Positions 9,891-19,063 of a stretch of 64,000 nucleotides of DNA are shown here, in pieces. Position numbers and translations under genes: made by a program. The notes under the pieces are model-generated. The model saw only the letters and a program-made list of their open reading frames with translations, was not told where the DNA came from and did not search any database. Where the stretch lies: contig JADJRF010000005.1 of NCBI GenBank assembly GCA_016712355.1, positions 1,997,184 to 2,061,183 of the forward strand. Reading direction: 5' to 3'. The stretch comes from Vampirovibrionales bacterium. Lineage in GTDB: Bacteria > Cyanobacteriota > Vampirovibrionia > Vampirovibrionales > Vampirovibrionaceae. Positions within the stretch are counted from its first letter, which is position 1. Every line of letters starts with the position of its first letter.

Positions 9891-11432
9891 ATGCCTTTTT
9901 CATTCCTGTCTGCTTCTCTCGCCCATCCTCTTGCTTCTGGCTGCTTGCGCCTGCGCGCGGGCCGGCTCTCGGCTTTCCTGCTGGCGTGCATGGCCGTATC
10001 CTTACCGCTTTCAAACGGGATCGCCTCGCCGCTTGCCCCCACGCCGCGCGGCTTTGAAGCGCCCGTCGTTCTCAGTGCGCCGCCGTTGTCTCAGGCAGAG
10101 CGCATACGGCTGGTTGATCGCGAGATAGAGGATCTCTACAGTAAGCTTCAGGACGGCTCGCCGACTGATATCACCAAGGATTTTCCCGCTGCGACGCGCG
10201 AACCGGCCTTAGAGGCGCCGCCCGAAGAGGAATCCGCCCTCACCGGCGTGGAGGCGATTCAACAAGACGCGGCGCTTCCTGCCTCGCCTCCCTCTGAAGC
10301 CATCTCGACGCCGGCGGTGAGTGATGACAGCAACGAAAAAGCCTTGAGCCCCAAGGCCCAGCGCAAGGCCGAAAAACGTCAGGCAAAAGCGCAGGCCCAA
10401 TCCAGACAAGAGGCATCCGACCCCAGCCAGAAAGCGGCGACGCCGCCAGCCCCGCAGGCGTCTTCCCCCAAGAAGCCTTCCGTTGCTGAAAGCGCAGCGC
10501 TGGAAGCCCAAAAGCAGGCTGCCGCCGAAACGCAGGCCGCCCTTAAAACCCTTAAACCGCAGCTACAGGGGGATTTACAACAACTTTCCGAGCGCATGCA
10601 TTTTCAGCACGACGCCATTCGCAATGAGCTGCGCGACGATCAGGAATTGGCGCTGACGGACATCACCTTGCTGTGGCAATCGGCTGTTGAGCGCAGCGGC
10701 GCCATTCGCTACGCCATCGAAAAGCTCTCGCGTCGCGACGCAACCGGCAAAACAACCGGTGATTCCTTTACCAAGCGGGTTTTCCAGAATATCGTGCGTC
10801 TGGGCGGCGTGGCGGGCTCAATGTGGACCGGCACTCCGGCTGGCGTGCTGAGCGGTTCGCTGGTAGAGGATATGCTTCGCGGCGATCCGACAACATCCGC
10901 GATGGGGCGGGTCACTGACGCCGACATGTTGCTGCTCGCCAAAGAAGTGGAAGCGCTTCAAACCCAGGTGATTGAATCGTATTACGCCTACCGTCAGGCG
11001 CAAGACCAGTGGAAGCTCTCTCATGAGGCGCTGGTTAAGCTGGACGCCTACTATCAACGCATTTTAGAGGCGCCCGAAAACGCAGACGCCCTGGCGCTAA
11101 AGCCAGTGCTGGACTCCATGTTTGAAGGCCTGCAACAGGAAGAAAGCAACGCCAAACAGGGATTCGTCAGCGCCCGTAATGCGCTCGGCCTGCTGGTCGG
11201 CGGCGACGCGCTGCTCACGCTGGAGCAATCGCGGCAGACGCCTGCCGCGAAGACCTCGACGCCGACCAAAGCCACGGCGGCGCCGGCCGTTTTGAAGCCG
11301 TCTGCCTCTAAGGGGCCAGCCCCCGCCAGTACGACATCCAGTATGAAATCCAGTACGACATCTGCGGCGGCGAAAGCGCCTGCGCCTGCCAAAAAAGCCG
11401 CCGTGAATCCCAGCAACAAGCGCGCGCGCTAA
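9891..11432 (+). CDS. Secreted hypothetical protein, paralog of 8803..9873 with longer Ala/Pro/Gln-rich N- and C-terminal low-complexity segments
   Basis: LWQSAVERSGAIRYAIEKL and VEALQTQVIESYYAYRQAQDQW align to the upstream gene. Signal-like N-terminus. Confidence 0.5.
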   Translation: MPFSFLSASLAHPLASGCLRLRAGRLSAFLLACMAVSLPLSNGIASPLAPTPRGFEAPVVLSAPPLSQAERIRLVDREIEDLYSKLQDGSPTDITKDFPAATREPALEAPPEEESALTGVEAIQQDAALPASPPSEAISTPAVSDDSNEKALSPKAQRKAEKRQAKAQAQSRQEASDPSQKAATPPAPQASSPKKPSVAESAALEAQKQAAAETQAALKTLKPQLQGDLQQLSERMHFQHDAIRNELRDDQELALTDITLLWQSAVERSGAIRYAIEKLSRRDATGKTTGDSFTKRVFQNIVRLGGVAGSMWTGTPAGVLSGSLVEDMLRGDPTTSAMGRVTDADMLLLAKEVEALQTQVIESYYAYRQAQDQWKLSHEALVKLDAYYQRILEAPENADALALKPVLDSMFEGLQQEESNAKQGFVSARNALGLLVGGDALLTLEQSRQTPAAKTSTPTKATAAPAVLKPSASKGPAPASTTSSMKSSTTSAAAKAPAPAKKAAVNPSNKRAR

Positions 11433-11445
11433 ACGCGATCAGTCG

Positions 11446-12384
11446 TCAGCGCAGGGCGCCCAGGCACGGGTAAGCGCTCGTCATGCGGAAGTACGTTTTG
11501 TCGGCTTCCATAAACATCACGATGCGCTCCAGACGCGGGTCGCGCAGGTCGCCGTCCACATCGACGTAAAACAGGTATTCGCCCAGACGTCGACGAGAAG
11601 GGCGCGACTCAATACGGCTCATATTGAGATCATACGCCTTCAACCCCAGCAGGATTTCCATCAGGGCGCCGGGCCGGTCCTGAAGGCCGATGCACAGCGA
11701 CGTCTTAACCGGCAAATCCGGCCAGACGGGCAGACGAAGGGTCTGACGCGTGGAGGATGCGAGCCAGAAGCGCGTCACGTTATCCGGCGAATCGCTCACG
11801 TCCTCGCGCACGACGCGCATCGCGTGCAGGCGGGCTGCTTCGCGGCTGCCCAGCGCGGCCCAGGCGGCATCGCGCAAGGCGAGCTGACGAACGGCGTCGG
11901 CGGTGGAGGCGGTCGGCTCCAGCGTCACATCCGGCCCGAGCAGGGCGCGCAACGTCTCACGGCACTGCGCCAGCGCCTGCGGGTGCGACATCACGCCGGT
12001 CAGACCGGCCAGAGTTGTTGTATCGTTAAGAGCGTCGGCAGCAGCGGCCTGCGGTTGACGAATCAGGGCGTGCTGAATGGGCAGCAGGCATTCCAGATGC
12101 ACATTCAGCGAGAAGCGATCCAGTCCGACGGCTTCCATGCTTTCGACGACGGCGCCTTGCAGGGAGTTTTCAACCGGCAACAGCGCCACGGCGACCGCTT
12201 GCGCGTCGACGGCTTCCAGAAGCGCGTAAAGCGTGGGATACGGCTGTAGGGATGCGCCGCTGAAGACAGCGCGCGCGCGCGAATCCTGCGACAGGGCGAG
12301 AACAGCCTGATGCGAGTGGGTCCCGGCAGGGCCCAGATAGCCGATGCTTTCGATGGCAGGCGATGGCGGCATGGGGTGTGTCAT
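11446..12384 (-). CDS. pheA: Prephenate dehydratase
   Basis: IGYLGPAGTHSHQA, LPVENSLQGAV, TRFW..., ESRPSR and a C-terminal ACT-like region. Start set at the ATG MTHPM; the track ORF extends to 12630. Confidence 0.8.
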   Translation of the reverse strand: MTHPMPPSPAIESIGYLGPAGTHSHQAVLALSQDSRARAVFSGASLQPYPTLYALLEAVDAQAVAVALLPVENSLQGAVVESMEAVGLDRFSLNVHLECLLPIQHALIRQPQAAAADALNDTTTLAGLTGVMSHPQALAQCRETLRALLGPDVTLEPTASTADAVRQLALRDAAWAALGSREAARLHAMRVVREDVSDSPDNVTRFWLASSTRQTLRLPVWPDLPVKTSLCIGLQDRPGALMEILLGLKAYDLNMSRIESRPSRRRLGEYLFYVDVDGDLRDPRLERIVMFMEADKTYFRMTSAYPCLGALR

Positions 12385-12659
12385 TTCATTTATTTTAGCG
12401 TCAAATGCGGGAAAACGCCCGGCGGGCTTTGCTTTTGTGTCGTAATCACGCGCAAGCGGCAAAAAAGAGACGACAACGCCTCGTCCCTGTTGCATAATAA
12501 CGGCTTCGGTCGACGCATTTTTGACACTTTTATGGTTTGAGCGGCGTTTATGGCTGTATGCGCCTGCCCGCCCGCCTGCTTGTCCTCTCTTTCTCATGAT
12601 AGGCCTTGCATCGCTTATTTTAAGGCCCAAAGCGTCCTGACAGGGTTTTTACGACGAAG

Positions 12660-15647
12660 ATGCCTGTTTCCAACGCCCTTTCTCGCCTGTTAACCCGGAT
12701 TCCAAGCAATCCGTGGGTCGATCGGCGTATGAGCGAGCTGAGTAATCCGTCGCCGGAAAACGTCACGCCGGTGCTGGCGACCGAAATGATGAATATCCCC
12801 GGCAAATGCGCCTTTGCCGCCAAGCGCACAGGATTTCTGGAGTTTCAGGAGCGCCTCTTCGAGGAAGTCACCACCGGCGTAATGTGGCTGTTTGGCGTCA
12901 CCCAGCTTGGGAAAGCGTGGGATTGGGGCTGGAAGCGCTTTGCGCCGGAAAAACTGCGTCATATTGATTCTGAAATCGACTGGGGACACTACGACAAGCC
13001 CACGATGTCGCTACGGCCCGGTGAGCGCTATGCGTTTAACCGCAAGGAGTGGTCGCGGGTGCTGGCAGCGCGCGGCGCGCGACTGGGATTCGCCATCGCC
13101 AGCACGCTCGGCGTGATTAGCGTGCTGCTGCCATGGGTCAACATGAAGAAGACGGAATGGATTTTACGGCGCTTTTACAAGCACACGGCTCCCGGCAGCG
13201 ATAAGACGCCCGCCGCCAGCGGATCGCCGCGCCCAAGCGGGCCTGCCGCCTCGATGACTGCGCCGGGCCAGCGTGTTGAGTCAACGTTTGGCAATCCATC
13301 GTTTAAGAATGCGGGTGTTAGCGGCGCAGCGCTGCATCCGACGGCCTACGGCCTGCCCCCGAGTCAGAATCCGGCGTGGGTGTCGCCTCGGGCATTGGGC
13401 CTGAGCGCCTGGACGCCGCCGTCCTCGGGACAGAACGCCTTGCCACCCGCCCAGAATACGGCCTGGATACAGGCAACAGGCGCCGCGCCGTCTCTGGCGC
13501 TTTCGCCTCAAGGATTTCCGGCGGTTGGGTCTCCTCTTTCCACTTCAATTTCTTCTTCGGTCTCTTCTCCTGCTTATTCTTCCGCTTTTTCTCCCCTTTC
13601 TTCTTTTAACGGATTATATGGCGCGGGGGCGCCGACTTTCGCGCAGCAATCCCAGTTGATGACGCCCTTTACGCCTTCTACGCCTTCTACGCCTTCTACG
13701 CCTTCTACGCCTTCGGGTTATTCGCCTTATTCGTCCTCTCCCTCGGTCCAGTTTGGGTTTTCCGGCAGCGCTCTGCTGCGTCGCGGCGCACACGCCATCG
13801 AAAATACGGATAGCGGACATATTCTGGTCATTGATGGCGGCATCGTCACCGGTCGCGCCGATCAGGACTATCGCCGCAACCCCGTCGCGGGGCTGGAAGT
13901 CGCTTACCGCGAAGGGGCCTCGCTGTATTTCTATATTCTGGCAATGCCGCACATCTGCGCTGCGCTGAATCGCGTTATGAAACCCGCTCTGGCCACGACC
14001 ACTCTGCTCGACCCCGACGTTGCAAAGCTCATTACGGGCCGCATCCAGCAGGACGCCGCCTTGCAGCGCGAGCTGACGCAAGGACAACTGTCTCATCAGC
14101 GACTCAATCAATTGCTCGAAGGGCTCTTCGACGGCGAAACCGGCCGTCTGTCCGCCCAACTGGAGTGGGCCACGCAACAGGGCGTGAGTCGAGCGATGGG
14201 GCTTGCGCCCATGAAAGGCGATCTGGGGCTGGAACGCGCGCTGTCCCATGAACTCAACGCCCTCATGGATGCCCCGCAAGCGCAACGACTCTATGGCGCC
14301 GTGATGGCCGCTCTGCCCCCCGGCGAAACGCTCCATGTCAATGACGCTTACAGCGTCGTGGCGCGTCTGCGCGCGCGTGAAGGGGCTTTTGCCGCCCTGT
14401 CGTCGCACACGGCTCAAGACGCCTCGCTTGCCCTCAAACAGGCCTTTGCGGCCACCGCTGGCGTCCCGCAAGCCGACCTGAAGGCGGGCATTGAGCGTCT
14501 GGCCCAAGGTCTGGGCGAAGACGCAGGCCCGCTGATATCGCGTCTGGAGACCATGGCCCAACAAGACAGCCTCTCGCGCGTGACGCAGTTATTCACCCGC
14601 AGCGCGAACGTGTTTCGGGCGGCGCGCGGCCCGGAACATGCCTTGTTGCGGCAAGCGGCGCCTTTTCTGGGATTGCTGGAATCGTCCAGCCTGTTGCACG
14701 AAACGCCCGCGCAGACGTTGGCCAGTCAGGCGCAATCGGCGCTGGAGAGCGTAGAGCGCATGAAAGACCCGGGGGCGTTTTCGCCCGCCGCGCGCGAAGC
14801 CCTGCAGGCCGTCGCCGAAAGCAGCCCCGTACGCGCGCCGCTCCTGAACGCCTTGCGCGAGGAGGCCGCGCGTCTGGGCGAAGGCCGCGCGCTGAGACCT
14901 TTGGCCGACAAACTGGCCTCTATTGGCGCGGTGCTACAGGCAGGCGTCCCGATGGATGACCGGGCCCTGGCCCAAGGCGTCGATCGCGTGATGAGCGCCA
15001 TGACCGAGGCGCTTTCGCAGGAAGGCGACGCGGGCTATCGCGCACTCACTTCGCATTACCGCGAGCGTATCGGCGCGATTTTTTCTGGCGCGGACCGGCG
15101 GCTGTTCTTGCTGAATGTGGATGATCCCGCACGCGCCACACGCCCTGCCCGCAAGCTGGAAGAGCTGGCGAGTGGGGGCCTCAAGCGCGATAAGACGCTG
15201 TTGCGCGCGGGCATGCGTCAGGTCGCCTTCCTGTCACATGACGCCAACCGTCGGACGTTTCGCAATATCAAAAAAGCCGACGAAATGCGGCGCGGCATCG
15301 CGGAATATCTCGATCAGATGCGGGCGCAACTTAACACCCGCTTCAAGCCTGAGCAGACGTGGAACCGAGAATCGTTCGAGGGCTTTTTAAGCGGGTTTCA
15401 GCGACTCAGCAAAAACAGCCGCTACTTAACGCGCCTCACCAGCCTGTTGATTGCTGGCGCGGGGCTGGGCATTCTCGTGCCCAAGACGCAATACGCCCTG
15501 ACCCGGCTGATTACCGGCAAAAATGAGCATCCGGGGATTGCGAGCGTGGCGCATCAAAACGGCGTGCAAACGCTGGTGGACCCCAGCAATCGCTTTGGCG
15601 CGACGCAGCCGTTGCAGGCGCCGACAGTCTTTCAGCAATTCTCCTGA
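12660..15647 (+). CDS. Large hypothetical protein (995 aa) with a TM segment near residue 150, a Ser/Pro/Thr-rich low-complexity region and an Ala/Leu/Gln-rich helical C-terminal two-thirds ending in a TM segment
   Basis: Long uninterrupted ORF with an ATG at 12660. No recognisable catalytic motifs. Confidence 0.55.
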   Translation: MPVSNALSRLLTRIPSNPWVDRRMSELSNPSPENVTPVLATEMMNIPGKCAFAAKRTGFLEFQERLFEEVTTGVMWLFGVTQLGKAWDWGWKRFAPEKLRHIDSEIDWGHYDKPTMSLRPGERYAFNRKEWSRVLAARGARLGFAIASTLGVISVLLPWVNMKKTEWILRRFYKHTAPGSDKTPAASGSPRPSGPAASMTAPGQRVESTFGNPSFKNAGVSGAALHPTAYGLPPSQNPAWVSPRALGLSAWTPPSSGQNALPPAQNTAWIQATGAAPSLALSPQGFPAVGSPLSTSISSSVSSPAYSSAFSPLSSFNGLYGAGAPTFAQQSQLMTPFTPSTPSTPSTPSTPSGYSPYSSSPSVQFGFSGSALLRRGAHAIENTDSGHILVIDGGIVTGRADQDYRRNPVAGLEVAYREGASLYFYILAMPHICAALNRVMKPALATTTLLDPDVAKLITGRIQQDAALQRELTQGQLSHQRLNQLLEGLFDGETGRLSAQLEWATQQGVSRAMGLAPMKGDLGLERALSHELNALMDAPQAQRLYGAVMAALPPGETLHVNDAYSVVARLRAREGAFAALSSHTAQDASLALKQAFAATAGVPQADLKAGIERLAQGLGEDAGPLISRLETMAQQDSLSRVTQLFTRSANVFRAARGPEHALLRQAAPFLGLLESSSLLHETPAQTLASQAQSALESVERMKDPGAFSPAAREALQAVAESSPVRAPLLNALREEAARLGEGRALRPLADKLASIGAVLQAGVPMDDRALAQGVDRVMSAMTEALSQEGDAGYRALTSHYRERIGAIFSGADRRLFLLNVDDPARATRPARKLEELASGGLKRDKTLLRAGMRQVAFLSHDANRRTFRNIKKADEMRRGIAEYLDQMRAQLNTRFKPEQTWNRESFEGFLSGFQRLSKNSRYLTRLTSLLIAGAGLGILVPKTQYALTRLITGKNEHPGIASVAHQNGVQTLVDPSNRFGATQPLQAPTVFQQFS
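13671..13715 (+). repeat. In-frame 9-bp tandem repeat (acgccttct x about 5) encoding (PST)n inside the 995-aa ORF
   Basis: Directly visible as TPSTPSTPSTPSTPS in the translation. Confidence 0.8.
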
Positions 15648-15679
15648 GCTTTATCCGGCGTATCGGTTAAACGCCGAAA

Positions 15680-15718
15680 GGGCCGCTCTTTCTGAGAGAC
15701 GGCCCATCGGCTTTTGCC
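15680..15718 (+). terminator. Candidate rho-independent terminator (10-bp stem with one bulge, 5-nt loop, then cuuuug)
   Basis: gggccgctct-ttctg-agagacggccc followed by atcggcttttgcc. Sits between convergent genes. Confidence 0.4.
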
Positions 15719-15780
15719 TATTCCCCACCCCGCGACGCTTCTGCGCGCCGCCTGATTACCCATTTCTACCTGAGTAATGA

Positions 15781-16341
15781 CTACCAGCGGTTATAGCCAT
15801 ACCGAAACGGATTATTCCCACTGAGTGACGCGACCTCGCGACGGACGCCTTCACGTCCGTCATACGTACTGAGGCGCCAGTTCATCGCATCGCGTTCAGG
15901 GGCGCTCACGCCGCCGTTGGCGCGACAATCGTTGGAACGTTCGGTGGCAATGAGCCCCGCGCCCGCTTCACGGTAATCCACGGTCCCATCGCGGTTAACG
16001 TCTAACGCCTGCTGGTACTGATCGCCGCGTAAACGCGAGGTATTAACGCCCGATGCCTGCTGGAACTCGAAGCGGTCAACATGCCCGTCGCGATTGCGGT
16101 CGGCGTTGCGCATATAACGAGAAGCGAAGTCGAGATTGCCGCCATAATTGATGGGCGAATAACGCGCCTCACTTAAAAACGGCGAGCCCGATCCCCGGTA
16201 GTTGTTATATTGGTTGCGCGTAAAATCATTGCGCTGATAGCCCAGGTCATAGCCCCGGCCCGGATAACGCGGCCCGGCGCCGTAACTGGAATAGGGCGAA
16301 CCGTAGCCGTAGCCATAACTAAAATCACGCCAATACGTCAT
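15781..16341 (-). CDS. EF-hand calcium-binding protein with Tyr/Gly/Asn/Arg-rich low-complexity termini
   Basis: Two canonical 12-residue EF loops (DRNRDGHVDRFE, DVNRDGTVDYRE). YGYGYGSPYSSYG-type low complexity. No signal peptide. Confidence 0.65.
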   Translation of the reverse strand: MTYWRDFSYGYGYGSPYSSYGAGPRYPGRGYDLGYQRNDFTRNQYNNYRGSGSPFLSEARYSPINYGGNLDFASRYMRNADRNRDGHVDRFEFQQASGVNTSRLRGDQYQQALDVNRDGTVDYREAGAGLIATERSNDCRANGGVSAPERDAMNWRLSTYDGREGVRREVASLSGNNPFRYGYNRW

Positions 16342-16518
16342 GATGAATTCCTCCCCAAGATTCGCTGTTTCCTCTGTAACCCCGTCTCTGACTTTTTAGA
16401 AAACCCCAAGTTTATTGCGTATCTGCATAAAAACAATCAATTGGATTTTGGTGATAGTTTTTTAAGAATTTCTAAATATTTGTAAAGTCCTGCTGCGCAA
16501 AAAACGCATGCGCGCCTG

Positions 16519-17559
16519 TCAGACCCGCGCCGCTTCCAGCGATTGAGGCAGACCCGAGGCCAGCGAACGATTGGCGGCTTCCAGCATCTGGACCACGCGC
16601 AGACCCGCGCGACCGTCGGTAATGGGGGTCTGCCGATCGAGGACGCAGGCCGCAAAATGATCGATTTCGACGCGCAGGGCCTCGGTTAAATCCAGCGCGG
16701 GAGAGGTCATATCGCCCAGACGATATTTCACCAGCGTCTGGTAGCGCTCTTCGTCGCTTTGGCTGGGCGCGCGCAGATCGATGCCCTTGTCGTAGACGCG
16801 GATCTTTTCCATCGGCTGCAAATCATCGTAGGCGATCATCTTGCGGGCGCCGCCGATGAGCATCTGGCGCAGTTTGACCGGCGACAGCCAGCTCACGTGG
16901 AAATGCGCGATGAGATTGCGCTCAAAGTTGAGGGTTAAGTAGGCCACGTCTTCCAGGCCGCTTCCGGTATGACAGGCGCCCGAGGCATGCAGCGTGTGGG
17001 GCGTCTGACCCAGCAGGTAATCCATAATCGACAGATCATGCGGCGCAAGATCCCATACTACGTTGATATCGCTCTGAAACAAGCCCAGATTCACGCGCAC
17101 CGAGTCAAAATACAGGATGTCGCCCAGGTCGCCGCTCTCGATAAGCTGCTTCATCCGGCGCACGGCCCCGTGGTAGACGAAGGTATGATCGACCATCAGC
17201 GTCAGGCCTTTTTCGTCGGCCAGCGCAATCAGGGCCAGACATTCAGCCGCCGTCATACACATCGGTTTTTCAACCAGAACGTGCTTGCCCGCCTGAAGGG
17301 CCTGACTCGCCAGCGCATAGTGCGTATGAACGGGCGTCGCAATCGCGATAGCGTCAAGCGTCGGGTCGTTCAACAGCTCGGCGTAATCGGTGACGGCGCG
17401 TGCGGTCGGATAGCGTCGAGCCAGACGCGTCATCCGCTCGGGCGACTGGTCGCAAATGGCGCGCAGGTCGACGCGCGGATGCTCGGCGAAGTTTCGCACC
17501 AGATTGGGCCCCCAGTACCCGCATCCCACTACGGCCACGCTCAGCATTGCGTCACTCAT
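16519..17559 (-). CDS. Gfo/Idh/MocA-family NAD(P)-dependent oxidoreductase
   Basis: LSVAVVGCGYWGPNLVRNF Rossmann N-terminus, EKPM motif, and a C-terminal Gfo/Idh/MocA-like domain. Start at MSDAML, with cat verified at 17557-17559. Confidence 0.8.
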   Translation of the reverse strand: MSDAMLSVAVVGCGYWGPNLVRNFAEHPRVDLRAICDQSPERMTRLARRYPTARAVTDYAELLNDPTLDAIAIATPVHTHYALASQALQAGKHVLVEKPMCMTAAECLALIALADEKGLTLMVDHTFVYHGAVRRMKQLIESGDLGDILYFDSVRVNLGLFQSDINVVWDLAPHDLSIMDYLLGQTPHTLHASGACHTGSGLEDVAYLTLNFERNLIAHFHVSWLSPVKLRQMLIGGARKMIAYDDLQPMEKIRVYDKGIDLRAPSQSDEERYQTLVKYRLGDMTSPALDLTEALRVEIDHFAACVLDRQTPITDGRAGLRVVQMLEAANRSLASGLPQSLEAARV

Positions 17560-17785
17560 GGCTTGATGACTCCTTCCCTTGTCGTCCGGCGCGCTCCAGC
17601 CTAGCGTAAACGGGCGTCGCCGTAAACACGCGCCCCGCGCCCGCACGCCGAATGCCCCAACTGGGGGATGCCGCCCGAGGCGATTCACGCGATGATCGCA
17701 AAGAGTCCGCCACGCGCAACAAGCCTTTTGTGTCTATAATAAATAAGGCCATGGCCGCCGTCGCGTCAGGATTTGAGGATACACC

Positions 17786-17926
17786 GTGAGCGAATACGTC
17801 TTTAAACTCAAAAAAGGGGATCTCGAGCTGGAGCTCAAGAGCGACGATCCCAAGTTTATTGAGACCCAGATGGATAACTGGCGCAATATGCTGGTGACGC
17901 AACAGGAAGCGACGCCTCGGCAGTAA
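17786..17926 (+). CDS. Small ORF (46 aa, GTG start) sharing an N-terminal module with the next gene
   Basis: VSEYVFKLKKGDLELELKSDDPKFIETQMDNWRNML aligns to residues 6-40 of the 17960..18988 product. GAGGAT precedes the GTG. It is below the ORF-track length cutoff. Confidence 0.35.
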   Translation: MSEYVFKLKKGDLELELKSDDPKFIETQMDNWRNMLVTQQEATPRQ

Positions 17927-17959
17927 GCCTGCCCCAGCGTCAGCGAGGAGAGGGCGCGG

Positions 17960-18988
17960 ATGATAGAGACCCATCGCTACGAAATCACTTTTAAAAAAGA
18001 AGACCTCCACGTCGAGCTGTCTTCCGACGACGAGCGCTTTATCTCGCGTCAGATGAATCAGTGGTTTCGCACGATTCTCGAAGAAAATGACTTTCCGCCG
18101 CTGCCCCCGGCGCACGCCCCGGAATTAACGCCGCCTCCGGCGCTGGAACCTGTCGCCGCCGCGCCATTGCCTGCGCCCGAGACAGTGACCCCAGTCCCCG
18201 CCCCCGTTGCGGAACCCGTGGCTTTGCAATCGCCTCTGCCGATTGCCTCTGTCGATACGCTCCCGCCAGTGACGGCCGCGCCGCCGCCCGTGGTAAGCCC
18301 GCCCCCAGCGCCTGCGGCGCCGGTTGTGCCCGTGGCGCCGCCGGAAGCTGTCGCGCCCGCGCCTGTTGAAGTGAGTCCCGCTCCTGTTGTCGAAACGCCT
18401 GCGCCTGCTGCAGCAGCCGTAGATACGGCCGAATTGCCGGATGCGTTCGATGACCCGGCCCCGTCAGAATCAGAGTATGTTCCCTTGCCGCAAGCGCCTG
18501 TTGTTGCAGGATCCGGCAACGAAGCGGATTTCGAGCGCGTGCTGGACACGCTGATGGAAGATCTCGACCCCGAGGCCTCGCGCTTGCGCAAGCCCAAGCC
18601 CGCCTTGACGCTGCCTTCGTTTCGCCCCGCGTCCAAGGCGTCTGCGTCTGGCGACGACGCCGCTGCGCCCGCGCCTGTTGACCCCTCGCCGGTAATTGCG
18701 TCGCTTCAGGATCTTTGCGAACGCGCCCAGCCCGCCTCTTCAGAAGATTGGCTGATGATGGCCGCTTATTATCTGGTCTTTTTCGAGGGCGAAGAGCGCT
18801 TTTCGCTCAAGCGCCTGAATTCCCTGCTGGTAAAATCCGGGCAATCGCCGCTGAATCACAGCGTACTGGAAACGGCGGTTTCCAAGGGGCTGCTCTCACT
18901 GGCCCCGGATATCACGGGACTGGCCGAATCCATTGAATATGCGCTGGCCCCCAGCGGACGAGAAGCCGCCGAAAGTCTGATGCGCTAA
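17960..18988 (+). CDS. Hypothetical protein: conserved N-terminal module, a long Pro/Ala/Val linker and a C-terminal globular domain
   Basis: YEITFKKEDLHVELSSDDERFISRQMNQWF N-terminus. RBS GAGGAG precedes the ATG. Confidence 0.55.
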   Translation: MIETHRYEITFKKEDLHVELSSDDERFISRQMNQWFRTILEENDFPPLPPAHAPELTPPPALEPVAAAPLPAPETVTPVPAPVAEPVALQSPLPIASVDTLPPVTAAPPPVVSPPPAPAAPVVPVAPPEAVAPAPVEVSPAPVVETPAPAAAAVDTAELPDAFDDPAPSESEYVPLPQAPVVAGSGNEADFERVLDTLMEDLDPEASRLRKPKPALTLPSFRPASKASASGDDAAAPAPVDPSPVIASLQDLCERAQPASSEDWLMMAAYYLVFFEGEERFSLKRLNSLLVKSGQSPLNHSVLETAVSKGLLSLAPDITGLAESIEYALAPSGREAAESLMR

Positions 18989-19063
18989 GGCTGCGCCTCC
19001 AATTCGTTCGCCCGGCAAGAACGCTGGCAAGCGTTTAAGCGGATTCTAACGGGGATTCGCGCG

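Noticed and set aside
16490-16518. Terminator after the Gfo/Idh oxidoreductase (gcgcatgcgc palindrome + T6 on the minus strand)
   Set aside because: The stem is only about 4 bp with an awkward loop, too weak to call.
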